The notes under the pieces are model-generated. The model did no database searches, was not told where the DNA came from, and was given only the letters and a program-made list of their open reading frames with translations. Position numbers and translations under genes: made by a program. Shown one piece after another: positions 1 through 12,160 of a stretch of DNA of 64,000 bases. Within the stretch, counting starts at the first letter, position 1. Every line of letters begins with the position of its first letter. Source of the stretch: Takakia lepidozioides (Eukaryota; Plantae; Bryophyta); contig CM060733.1 in assembly GCA_030704615.1 (NCBI GenBank), positions 76,136,001 to 76,200,000 on the forward strand, in the 5' to 3' direction.

Positions 1-544
1 CAACCTTGATGATCCGGATGTGTGGACACAAGCATGTGCCCAGCGGGTAGAGTTGTTCAAGAGAGTCATGCCTATGGCTTTTGAGAACCTTTCTATTGCC
101 CAACACCGAGATACAGTGAGATACGCCACTATACGTGGAGGGGGATATCGGCCAGGTGTTTGGCGTTTCCATCCTGAGGACTATGTGTATCTGCAGCAGA
201 CAACGCCTACGACCTTGGATGTCACAGCAGGTCGTGTGATTCTAAGGGTCCGGGAGGTGTTGCTTTCAGGAGTGTTGATTCTGGAGGGTCGAGATGGCAT
301 GGTATGGAAGGACCATGTGCGCAATTGTGCGCCATGCCACCTTCCACATGTGGATGGGAGGATAGATCCCAACCTTGCAGTGGTACCTGCAGGGTTGCGT
401 TGTATGTTATGTGGGCATGCTGGTGGTGCCGCGACCATGTTGATGTGTGACAAATGCTCAAGGGGGTGGCACATGGGATGCTTGACACCGCCACTTGAGG
501 AGGTTCCTAGTGGAGAATGGTTGTGTCCACGATGCCTTGGATAG
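1..544 (+). mobile_element. 3' end of Ty3/Gypsy pol: integrase C-terminal region fused to a PHD zinc finger (5' part outside window)
   Basis: ORF 20..544 is open from the window start and ends in a C4HC3 PHD finger (CMLC...LMCDKCSRGWHMGCLTPPLEEVPSGEWLCPRC). Downstream lie a purine tract AGGGGGGCGA (~797-806) and a TG-starting LTR-like sequence at 808. Confidence 0.8.
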
Positions 545-807
545 AGGTAGTGGGGCATGACAGTGGTGAGGTTGACAATGATCCGAGGTCTAGCTAACGG
601 GAGTTCAATGCCATGGACACCCAATTGAAGCCATGGATTGCAGGAAGGCGAGTAACGATAGGGCTACTTTTGCACCCGGCCTCTTGATCTATTGCCTTCA
701 GATACTGGGACTTGGGGCGATTGATGACCATGCGATGATCTTATTGGGATGGATACTTGTCAGCTATCCGGTGTTAGAGGGACCTAATCACCAGCTAGGG
801 GGGCGAT

Positions 808-1420
808 TGTGGTATAGCTTTCTAGGATTGTGTGCTTAGATTGTGTGGTGGACAACGATGTATGTTGTGGCACGATGCTTAGGTGCACGACAGCTGTCAT
901 AGTTTTAGTTATGGTTATCTAGAATTACCTACTTCTAGTTAACTAAGACATTTTAGATATCTATATTTATATTTTGAATGTTGGAACCTCATTTGGTCTC
1001 ACATGCCAAGTGAGGTGTCGAGCCTCACTTGGGACATGGGGATAGGTTTTCCCCTTGTGAGGATGGAGGAGGCTCATCTTCTTGTAGTTGAGCCTCCATG
1101 AGCCTCTCTCACCTCCATAGCTCTAGGTATTGAAAGGGAGTGTGGTGAAGGCTTTGTACGGTGGATTCCCTTAGCAAAGGTGCCATTGGCTTGACTTAGT
1201 TTATGTGATTGAGTGGATTCATGAGTGGAGGGTTTCCATTATGTTCACTTCCATTATCATTATGGTATAGCTTTCTAGGATTGTGTGCTTAGATTGTGTG
1301 GTGGACAACGATGTATGTTGTGGCACAATGCTTAGCTGCACGACAGCCTCATTGTGGACAACAGTGCCTTCATTGTTTGGAGGCATGTCTTGCAATCTAG
1401 CTTATAGTTCGGCTATGCGC
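808..1420 (+). mobile_element. 3' LTR remnant of the PHD-bearing Gypsy, with an internal duplication and insert
   Basis: TGTGG start directly after the polypurine tract. 808-894 is repeated near-identically at 1261-1347, with a TGTCA...TATCA segment (895-1259) between the copies. The right boundary is uncertain. Confidence 0.5.
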
Positions 1421-1437
1421 AGTGTTTGCCAGTCTAG

Positions 1438-1994
1438 TCAGTCCTGCAGGGTCCTGATTCGCTGGTCTCTTTCCGCCAGTTGTTCTTCTAACGTTGCAGC
1501 CAGTTGTATTCCGAACGTGTCCGGGATGTACTCCAAATCGTATAGCAACCTTGCGTTCCTCCTACTAGCAGTTTGCCAATTCACTGGACGCAAGAGTATG
1601 ACCTCCACGTACAACATGGCTGCCAAGGTGTACGGGAGTGACCCTTTAAGAGAGGTTGACCCCACAATGTGCAATGCACCTCATTCGCCCTATGCTGGAA
1701 ATGCAAGTTCATACAAAACCTGGACTCTGCGTAATTGTTTCGGGTTTGCACGTCATGCCTATCCAAAGGCCACAATCGATTGATGTGGTACCATTTCACG
1801 AATTTTTTGCATCTCGTCATCGGCCACCTGAACTCTTCCGAAACATCTTCCCAGCCCTCTTCTGCTAGTATGCTAGGGTCACCATATACTTCCCAATTCA
1901 AGTCTTGCCTTGACTTTTTGATTTTCTTAGAAGGCGGTCCATGTTCATTGGGGTCATCTCTTCCATGACGGTCATCGTCCTGGCCTTCTGCCAT
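1438..1994 (-). pseudogene. Frameshifted coding fragment of unknown function (acidic N-terminus, NLS-like PPSKKIKK, coiled-coil tail)
   Basis: Overlapping minus-strand ORFs 1581..1994 and 1438..1674 read as one frameshifted protein-like sequence. A TTGCAG acceptor-like site precedes the ATG. I recognise no family. Confidence 0.35.
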
Positions 1995-2359
1995 TCTGCA
2001 ACAATCGGAGCAACACTAAACGAGGTTTACTAATAAATCGTAACTCTAAACACTTCACCCTAAACGAGTTTGAGTAGGTGTCAAAATAGTTCCTAAAAGC
2101 TAGTTTTGTAGAATAAAATGATCCTGGAAGCCAGAGGAGGGCCTATGGGAGCATTCTGCAACGACCTCACAGAAATCACGACAAAAAATACCCCTCACCC
2201 AACCAATGGCCTCCTTCTCCACGTGACTACGTGTCGTGGAAAAATGCCACGCACACAAAAGTTGTGTGGAGAGGAAGTGAGTGGAGAATAAGCCACCCTT
2301 GGCATATATGCCCCCCCCCCGCCCCCAATTCCTCGGGCCACGTGCAGGGCGAACCTTCT

Positions 2360-4175
2360 ATAAGCGACCACCAACTTGGCGGTCGCTCCATTTTCCGGGA
2401 AAAAAAAACAAATAAGCGACCGCCAGAACTAGCGGTCGCTCCAATTTTCGTAAAAAAAAGAACGACCGCCAAAACTGACGGTCGCTCCATTTTTCGAAAA
2501 TAAAATAAATAAACGACCGCCAACATATGCGGTCGCCACATTTACAGAGATATTAAGAACAATTAAAATAAAAACGACCGTCAGTAATGGCGGTCGCTTC
2601 ATTTTCAATTAAAATAAAAGCGACCGCCAGTCATGGCGGTCGCTCCATTTCCAACATAATTTTAATAACAGCGACCGCCGGTAGTGGCGGTCGCTGGATT
2701 TACAACAAAAAAACAGTTGCGGCGACCGCCCGTAATGACGGTCGCTCGATTTTCCTCCAAAAAATAGAGAAGCGACCGCCTGTAATGGCGGTCGCTTCAT
2801 TTTCAAAACAATTAAAATAAAATCGACCGCCACAAATGCGGTCGCTCCATTTCCAACCAAATTTAAATAAAAGCGACCGCCACTAATGGCGGTCGCTGCA
2901 ATTACAAAAAACAACAATAGCGGCGACCGCCCCTAATGGCGGTCACTCGAATTTCCTCCAAACAACAAAAAAGCGACCGCCAGTAACGGCGGTCGCCTCA
3001 TTTCTAAAATAATTAAAATAAAAGCGACCGCTATTAATGGCGGTCGCTTCATTTCCAAAATAATTAAAATAAAAACGACCGCCATGTATCCCCCCCCCTG
3101 CCATTCCTCGCTCCACGCACAGGACAGACCTCGTAAAAGCGACCGGCACCTTCGATGTCGCCCCATTTCCAAAAATAAAAAATAAAAGCGACCGCCAGTA
3201 ATGGCGGTCGCTGCATTTTAAGAAATAACCATTACAGTGACCGCCAGAAATGGCGGTCGCTGCATTTTGTAAAAACAAAAATTGCCAGTAATGGAAGTGA
3301 GGGGAGAATGACTGGGAGCTTATATGCCCCCCCTCCCGCCTCATTCTTCGCTCCATGCGCAGGGCAAACCTCGTAGAAGAGACCGCCACTTTTGCGGTCG
3401 CTCCATTTAAAAATAAAAATAAAAGGACTGCAAGTAATGGCGGTCGCTGCATTTTAAAAAATAAGCATTACAGCGACCGCCATAAATGGCGGTCGCTGCA
3501 TTTTGTAAAAATAAAAACTGCCAGTAATGGAGTGTGAGGGGAGAATGACTGGGAGCTTATATCCCCCCCCCCTCATTCCTCGCTCCACGCGTAGGGCAGA
3601 CCTCGTAGAAGCGACCGCCACCTTGACGGTCGCTCCATTTAAAAACAAGAAAAATGGACCACCACAAATGGCGGTCGCTCCATTTCGCGAAAAAAAAGAA
3701 AAAAAAACGACCGCCAGTACTGGCTGTCGCTGCATTTTAAAAAAGAACAATTACAGCGACCTCCAGTAATGGCGATCACTGCATTTACAAAAACAAAAAA
3801 AAACTTCAAGCGACCGCCAGTAATGGAAGTGAGGGGAGAATGAGTCCGAGCTTATATGCCCCCCTCCCCCCCGCCTCACTCCTCGCTCCATGCGCAGGGC
3901 ACCCTCGTAGAAGCGACCGCCACCTTGGTGGTCGCTCCATTTAAGAATCCCAAAAAAGCGATCGCAAAATATGGCGATCGATCCATTTTCCAAAATTAAA
4001 AAAAAAACAACGGACCGCCACTATTGGCGGTTACTGGATTTTCAGAAAAAATAGAAATTAAAGCGACCGCCAGTAATTTTACGAAGAAACAAAAGACGGT
4101 CGCTATTACATTGCGTTCACTGTATTTACAAAGAATAAAAAACAAATGCGACCGCCAGTGATGTCGGTCGCTGCA
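2360..4175. repeat. Array of short palindromes GCGACCGCC-N(~5)-GGCGGTCGC with A/T-rich spacers (hAT-associated subterminal-type repeats)
   Basis: About 30 hairpin units are directly visible. A higher-order block (CCTCGCTCCA.GCGCAGGGCA.ACCTCGTAGAAG) recurs at ~3100, ~3345, ~3578 and ~3881. Confidence 0.9.
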
Positions 4176-4971
4176 TTAAAATTAAAATAAATGCAGAGTT
4201 GGAAGCATGGCACAATTGTTCTCCATTCCACAAGCAAATCACCGAACACAAACATGAACAAGTGACGGTGCCTTTGGCTGACATTTTGGCTGGTATACAC
4301 ATGGGCAACATCTTGTATTTTCCAACACATACACAACAGCAATACAAATACTCATAGTGACGATGATCACACTGATATTACTTCACTACAGAAATGTAAA
4401 CATGTCAATTAAAATGTGCTAATGCATGCCTACAGCTGTTTTGCTTCAATTCTTTCTACTGCTTCGACGGTGGGACGAAGAAGATCCTAATCCTAATACT
4501 CCGATGGGTTGAAAATCCGAGTCATCCTCGACTTCACCACCATTGCCATGATCAGTGCTGCAATCGTCATCCCTATCCGACCTCATATGTCCGGGCTTTT
4601 GAATCTGCAAGCGATCTCGAACCACATTTAGTACTCTTGAGGTCGACTCCCACTCCGGTCTTGAATACCATCCACGATATCTGGCCTGTTTGTGAGCCGA
4701 TCGCCTACAAAAGGTTGGACTGTTCTCTGTCGTTTATGGACTTGGGACGCAATCGAAGGTGGTCTCGAAGGAGGTACCGGAGGGGGGTCTGCCCGAGATG
4801 GACCGGCATTAGACGGTCCGGCATGAGAGGAACCACGGGTCTGCTGCGCAACACGTCGGTTAAGGTGGAATTGTAGTGGCAGGTTGTCCTCATCCGAGGC
4901 TTCAACTTCCACATGGTCCAATGCAGCAGAATGATGCGTGCGTGTGGAAAACAGATCAACTCTGTTGCTCC

Positions 4972-7430
4972 TTAATGTCCGTTGTGTTGATGGGGAGCTG
5001 ATCGGTTTTGGCATTGTGGTGGAGCTGATTGTATCGGTGAGGCATGATCTCGTCTCGTCGACTGTACAATGGGTTCGACACCATCGTTTGTATAAACAGG
5101 GTTGCGTACGTCGCTCGGTCCTGGAAGTTCATCACCCCTAAGCTCCATTGGGGCACTACCGGTGGCTTCAGCGTGTAGTGGGGGGCGAGGGTCGATCCCA
5201 ACTTCATTTTGAGGACCATGTTCTGGGGATGACACAATTGCAGCTTCACATTCATCTGCGATACGCACTTCTTCAAGAAGGTCATCAAAGGTCGGCTGGA
5301 TATAAACATCATCCTCTGTGAATGTAAACGGTTCATACGTATTTTTGGGAGCATCATCGGATCCATCTTCACTATCGGAGGCAGATGATTTCCTCTGAGA
5401 TGATTCTCTCTGAGGCTCAGTATCGTCACTCATCAAATCTACCTCAGAAGCAGAGTCTTCGGAATGTAAATTCCTCTTATACCATGCTGCAGCATCATCT
5501 GCTGCCTCCTCACGTAGCAGTCGGCAATTGGTATACACATACACCAATTTGTCAGCACTCGCGAGATTCAACCTGTTGTGAATCTTGTTGTGAACAAATG
5601 AGTAACTGCTCCAATTGCGTTCGCAAGATGAGGCAGAACACACTTGAGCAAGAATACGCTTCGCAATGGGAGCCAATGTTTTTGCTCCAGCTCCAATCAG
5701 ATCCCACTATTCATGTGGCAACATATTGAGCTCTTTTGGATCCGGCATATCCTTAAAAAGGGTCGCGACGATCTGAGAAACATTGGTACTCGGATATAGC
5801 TCTCTCTGCCATGTTCGGCGGAGCCAGTCGCATGAGCACTCGCACGAGGCCGGCCTTGGCATCAGCGTCATCTCGGAGCATGGTATTGTTGAGCAAGAAT
5901 GGATTGAGCAAAGCCCCCGCATAATGCAAGTCCGTTCGAACCATCGAACGACGGTCGTAAAATGCATCATTAGCACTATCTGCAAGTTCAAGTTCCAAGG
6001 AGAAGGGAGGATGCCTCAAGGATTGGATGTGTTTATCAAGATTTTGCATTAGTAACCATGCCTTGCCCATTACTGGTTGTTTTCCATCAAACTCCTGCAA
6101 GACGATTAACACCGGCTCTACTATACAAACAAAGTTTTCACATTTCTTCCAGAAAACATCGCTGCGAATGCTATTTCGAACTTTTCGACTTTTGCCCAAT
6201 GACTTGGCTTTTCAGGAGTCTCGCAATGTCCGTGTGTACGCATCCTATTGAGGATCGATGATGGTGTGCTCCAGACTGCTCTTCACCGTCACCAACCGAT
6301 CCACCATCAAGAAATTAGTGGCAAAACGAGTCTCGCCTGGATTGCGGAGGCTGTATTTGAGTTCGTGCTTTCTACATATTGCCAAAGGGATGTGGTATGT
6401 GCGGATGAACGACACAACAGTCTTCGCTCGCTTGACAAGTTGTTTCACCCACTCTTCTTTTCCCCAATCTTCCAAAAGGAGATCAATGATATGAGCAACA
6501 CAACCTTGATAGTACATATGGGGATATCATGCCAACAACATGTCTGTAGTGTTTCTCATGTTAGCGGCATTATCTGTGCATATTTACACGATTCTATCAC
6601 TTCCGACCTGTTCGATGAAGTCCGTCAATAATTGACATTTGATAACATCCATCTTTCTTCTCGCCGCTAGTGTCGACCGATCCCAAGAATTGTTCTCCAG
6701 CTAGACATACGAGCATGACATTGAACAACGGTCTGTTTGTAACAGAACTCCAACCATCGGCACATATAGTACTTCCATATTTTCTGATGCACTTGCCCGT
6801 CCTATCGTTGACATTTTGGGTAAGCTCGGTCATGACGTCTTCTAGCAATGCTGTGCGGAGATTGTGATAAGTCGGAGGCATATACGTGGATCTGGACTCC
6901 GAGCTTGCTCTAACGGCAGAAACAAATGCCGGAAGTCTTGCCACATTAAATGGTATGTTGGCCTCGAAGAAAAACTGCGCCCATTTTTTATCCAACTGTC
7001 TTTTCGTAGACAAGTTAAGACCTTTCTGCATGGATTGCTGCCGTAATACTCTACTCCGTTGAAGTGTAGGGGTACAAAGAGGTGTTGAAGCAGGTGTTGC
7101 TCCGGCACAATCCACTTGTCCAAGGACACCCGAAGCCTCACAAGAGTCGCCCTGGGTACTAATTGGGGCATCCTGACGGGAAGATGAAGTGTTCTGCTCA
7201 GAGGTCATGTCCAGATTCAAAGACATTGAAATATTGCCTCCACACTGGGCAAAGTGGTTTTTTACCCACATAGATGCTTTAGGGCATAAACCCACCCCAA
7301 CGCTCTTCATACTTTTATAGTCGAGGTGAGCGAGCAACCAATCCTTACGATAAAAAAACTTTAATCCACATAGGTTGCACTCAACATTACTAGTGGCACT
7401 GACTGTGTTCGGGATTGCCGTATATCAAGG
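4972..7430 (-). pseudogene. hAT transposase pseudogene (BED finger, DUF659 core, hATC dimerization domain)
   Basis: BED-like CNLC...LAHL...GLC near 7290-7385; FFEANIPFNV; ADGWSSVTNRP (first catalytic D); CVAHIIDLLLED; GETRF; WWDLIG..LAPIAKRILAQVCSASSCERNWS (catalytic E). Broken by stops and frameshifts into 5 ORFs. Confidence 0.92.
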
Positions 7431-7884
7431 GCTTCATTCCTCCCTCATCTTCACTCAATATCCACTCCCCTGAGCCCTAGCGATGTAAACAACAAAAAAC
7501 AGTCACCTATAAATGAATGTGTTGTGAATGTAGAGTATAATGCGATAGCCCAACACTTCTACACCTGTCAGCAAACCAAATGGGTCGATGTGGATTGTAG
7601 TGTTGAGCTTATACACAATCTGCTGAAGTGGCTTTGGTGGAAGCCACAACGGCAAAAGATGCGCACCCTCCTCTTGGGCTACACTCTCGTTCAATGGAAG
7701 AGAACATCCAAAGCAACCTCAAGTGTTTGCGCCAAAAGAAGTGATGAGCTTGGTGACCCTCCTCCCTTATACATGATCCAAGAATGATGAAAGTGAAATG
7801 AAAGTGAAATGAATAAATGACGAACCAATAGCGCCCACCCGAAAAAGGCTGTACAACCATATTTGTTATAATTTTGAAATTAAA

Positions 7885-8820
7885 CGACCGCTAATATTAC
7901 GGTTGCTATTTCAATTTTTTATGAAAAACAAGCGACCGCCACTACTGCGGTCGCTTTTATTTCCTTTCATTTTGTGCAATATTGCGATCACTTCTATTTT
8001 GTATACTTTTAAATTTAAACGACCGCTCGTATGGCGGTCGCTATTTTTTTTTATTTCAAAATATAATACGACTACCGGTATGGCGGTCGCTTCAATTGTT
8101 AATATATTTAAAATAAAACGACCGCCAATATGGTGGTCGTTTTTTTTAAAATTTTTTTTTAAAAAAACACGACCGCCAATATGGTGGTCGTTTTTTTTTA
8201 AATTTTTTTTAAAAAAAACACGACCGCCAGTAAGGCGGTCGCTTTTAATCTTTATATTTTCAAGTTTAAGCGACCTCCAGGCTGGCGGTTGCTTAAACTT
8301 AATATATATTTTAAAATTGACGCGACCGCCGGTTTGGTGGTCGCAAATATTGTATTGTTTTAAAATAAGCGACCACCGGTGAGGTGGTCGCTTTTATTTT
8401 CATATGTTGCCTGTTTTATTTATATAATTTTAAATTTACCATCCGCCATATGGCGGTTGTTTGTTTTTCTATATATTTTTTAAATTAAGCGACCGCCCAA
8501 TGTCGGTTGCTGTTTTTCTAATATATTTTTGAAATTATCCGACCGCCATATGACGGTCGCTTGTTCTGTACATATTTACAAAATAGTGCGATCGCCAATA
8601 CGACTGTCAATCTTGTTTTATTTTTAAAATAAATTGAAACGACCGCCAAGATAGCGGTCGATATATATTTTTTAAATTTGAAAATAAAGTGACCGCCAGT
8701 GCGCCCGCCAATCTTGTTTTTTTTTTTAAAAATAAATTGAAGCGACCGCCAATTATGGCGGTCGCTATTTTTTTTTTAATTTCGAAAAACAAAGCGACCG
8801 CCATAAATGGCGGTCGCGTT
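7885..8820. repeat. Second GCGACCGCC/GGCGGTCGC palindrome array (5' subterminal region of the hAT element)
   Basis: About 15-20 units of the same palindrome as 2360-4175, upstream of the transposase. It is followed at 8930-8975 by CTGACGTGAC..CGTCAGCGTCAG, which resembles the reverse complement of the hAT end at 33422-33495. Confidence 0.85.
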
Positions 8821-9249
8821 CATTTTGTTAATTTTCAAAATGTATTTGCCACCGCCACCGTGTCGGCGACATGGCTGCTTAAGTGGCAGTATTTTACCTG
8901 GTAATATTTTTTCCAGAATATTCCCCGAACCTGACGTGACAGAGGTCCCGTCAGCGTCAGACGGACGTGACACTGATAACCGGGGAAAATGATGATGCAA
9001 CAAGGGTTGGCCTAAAATGGATAGCTCTAATGGAAGGAGAGAAAGATGATGAACAAAATGAAGCCACAACAGAATGGGAAGAGAAGCAGGATGGAGAAAA
9101 CTCATTGGATCAGCATGAATGGAACTTGTTGGAACAAGGGAACAGTGACAGCCAAACCAGGGAGCCACAATCAGCAGAGGAAGAGGAGTTGTTGGCCATC
9201 ACGGTTAGTAAAAAAGGATTGTCCTATCACAAAATAAATACAGGTAAGT

Positions 9250-10575
9250 TTGTTGAAGGCAACAGAGACTGAACAAGAGCAGTGGGAGTGTGAAGACATT
9301 AAAGAACGAAGGGAGGAAATGAGCGTAGACATACTGGACGACATACAAGCAATGCATCCAATCACATTCGGACAACCAAATTATTATTTGAAAGATAGGG
9401 AAATCAAACGAATCAGGAAGAGAACACCAGGATATCACTTGATAGCAGAGAAACTCACGTTCAATGGCAAATGGATGCCAGACAAGAGTGTTAGAGAGGA
9501 TATACTTCGAGGGATATATGAAGAAATTGGACATGGGTCAGGAGGGTGCAGATGGATGTCTGCAAACGTTTCTTTTGGCATAACCACACACACACCATCA
9601 GACATGTACCATGCACATGCATCAAATGTCAAGTCGCAAAGAACGCCACACCATTGCGATCAGGAACAAATGAACTACAGAGCATACCGATGAAGGATAT
9701 ATTCTATTGAATCGCGTTGGACACAACAGGGCCACTGCCAGTATCGAGTAAAGGCAACAAATACACGTTGATCGCAGTGGGTCATTTTTCAAAGTGGATA
9801 GAGGTGAGTGCAGTAGCAGATCATACCTCAAAATTGACAGCTCGTTTATTTGAAGAACAGGTCATGTACCGCTACGGGGTACCACATTCGGTGCTCACAG
9901 ACTGTGATGGCTGGGAGTGGACGAAGGATTTCGAAGTCACATGCAAGAAGTTTGGGGTCAAGCATGAGAGATCAGCCCCTTATTGGCCTCGGTGCAACGG
10001 GATGGTGGAGAGATTAATTCGATCGCTCAAGGACAGCATGATCACTGAGTACACATAAAAACAAGGAGTGGGATAGAGCCCTTTACAAGGTGGCGTTTGG
10101 GTACATAGTGGGCATATAGGCTTCAACCAATTTTTCACCATACATGGTGATGACAGAACGGGCAATGAGGTTGGGAGCAGACAACAAATTTTCAGCAGAT
10201 TTCCGAACTAGTGGAGCTCACTGATGATCAGGAAGCGATGCACAAGATGATTGAGGAGAAGATGGCGTTCATACAGGAGCTGGAGGGCACATTGAGGGAG
10301 AATGTTGATGTAGCACAAAGGGCACAACAGAGAGCTTATGCATCAAGAGGGAAAGAACTCACTGAACGGAAGGAGGGCGCATTGTGATGATGCTCAAGCC
10401 TGGCAAGAAGAAGAACATGGAATCATCTTGGGAAGGTCCATACTCCTTTCAAGGGTACGTAGACAAGCACACTGACCGTACCAAGAAGGAAAGAGAACGC
10501 GTATGTATTCTGGAAGACGGAGCAAGAAAGCGGAACAGTGCGAGGCGAGACGTGAAGCACCTGCAGGTTGAGTGA
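9250..10575 (+). pseudogene. Ty3/Gypsy integrase remnant
   Basis: Degenerate HHCC region (EEIGH), rve core DTTGPLPVSSKGNKYTLIAV..FSKW..YGVPHSVLTD..SAPYWPRCNGMVER, and GPY/F motif SWEGPY. Multiple frameshifts. Confidence 0.88.
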
Positions 10576-10729
10576 AGCATTGTCTGGAGGACCAGCCAGC
10601 TAAAAACGAAAGTGCTTACATTTGTAGGGCGAAGGCATGTGACACAGGGAAACGCAGGAGAAAGCCAGAGTACGAAGGATTAAGGGTTCAAGGATGAGAT
10701 CACGATTTTTCATTGAAGAGAGGGTGGGA

Positions 10730-11690
10730 TGAAGTTACCAATTCTCATCAATGGATGGATGGCGGGTGATTTGGATGACCAGCATTGATGACATTGCAGA
10801 TTTTCATCAATGGATGGATGACAAGATGACATGATGAAGGGGTAATGAAAATACCAATGAAATATTGAATTTCATTACATAGGGATGAGACTGCATGAAT
10901 GGGACAAACTGCTGAGCGGTGATTTAGTGACCATAGCACTACAATGGATCCCAGCTTTTACATCTGCTATTTTCCAGTCGTATCAGCCTTTTATGACTGC
11001 ATGACTGCCCAGTCAGATAAACCCAGTCAGTTGTGACAAATGAGTCGTAAGTGCCATAAAATCGTATCTGCCAGTCGTGGAGCTCACTGTTGACGTGGCA
11101 ACGGGGACGCCTAATCATAGTCATTGATAAGACCGTAATAAATGATTACGAATCCATGTCAGCTTCACGTGGAACGGAAGGGATATGCCACGTGTCACGT
11201 CAAAGGGAAGGCAACAGGGTCTTCATGACTGCCATATACGACTTCCGCGGATTAACCCCAAGACAACACGTGGAGAATACCATGAACGACACGTGGCATG
11301 ACAGGGTGACTTCCGCAGATTAACCCCAGGACAACACGTGGATTAGACTAGACATGACACGTGGCATGACAATATGGAGCAGGAGGGTCTTTCGTGACTG
11401 GCATATATGACTTCGGATGTTTAATCCCACGTCCACACGTGAAGTCAAATTATGCAGGATGAGGGTGGGGTGGTCGTTATGACTGGAACATATGACTTCC
11501 ACGGCGCACTCTGGATACTGCACGTGGCACAAGTATGGGCAAACACGAGGGGTGAAAGTGACACGTGGCGGAGGCTCTGTGGATGGGAGGTAGTCGTATA
11601 CATGACCGTAGCATTGAAACACGAAAGCACCATTGAAAGCATACGAAAATACCATTGAAACATGAAAGCACATTTGAAATTGGAACATCA
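10730..11690 (+). mobile_element. Probable 3' LTR of the Gypsy remnant, rich in ACACGTGG motifs
   Basis: Polypurine tract GAAGAGAGGGTGGGA (10715-10729) immediately followed by TG. The right end is not certain. Confidence 0.45.
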
Positions 11691-12089
11691 ATTCAAATAC
11701 AACGTGACTTAATGTTCAGAGATCCGTTCCATAATCTAATTTGGTGCTGCTACAAAAATGCACAAAGCTGCAAAGTTTAAGTAAACTTCCAAACGCCTGA
11801 GGCCTTGAGCAAAAGATGCATACACTAATTTGGCCTGACTTGGTCACCCACCTTCAACTGCCATCCAGCCCAAAAATGACAGAAGATACATGAGCAAGCT
11901 TTCAGGCAATATAGCAACAGCAACATTGACATATGTCCTGGGGGGTGCACCCCAGCCAACCGGTACCAGCCACGTGCGTGCACAGGAGGGGTTATTTTTA
12001 ACCCCCCCCCATGTACAACATTATACATACATAGGGGGGGTAAGCAACACCTTAAATATAAGTCTACAACAAGAGGTTAGCATGATTAG

Positions 12090-12160
12090 GAGGGTAGCGT
12101 AGTGGTAAAGGACACTACTGTCATGACTCTCATCGTGGGTTCAAATCTCACGGTGTCTTG
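12090..12160 (+). other. tRNA-derived/SINE-like Pol III A-box and B-box remnant
   Basis: A-box TAGCGTAGTGG (12095-12105) and B-box GGTTCAAATCT (12138-12148) at tRNA-like spacing. No convincing cloverleaf. Confidence 0.4.

Noticed and set aside
2360-4175. CRISPR array
   Set aside because: The spacers are low-complexity, mutually similar A/T tracts, the repeats are degenerate, there are no cas genes, and the context is eukaryotic next to a hAT transposase.
2227-4347. Many short ORFs (RPP/WRSL/MAVA-rich)
   Set aside because: These are translations of the palindrome array; the same applies to the ORFs at 7903-8992.
12085-12160. Functional tRNA gene
   Set aside because: A and B boxes are present, but no acceptor or anticodon stem can be folded convincingly.
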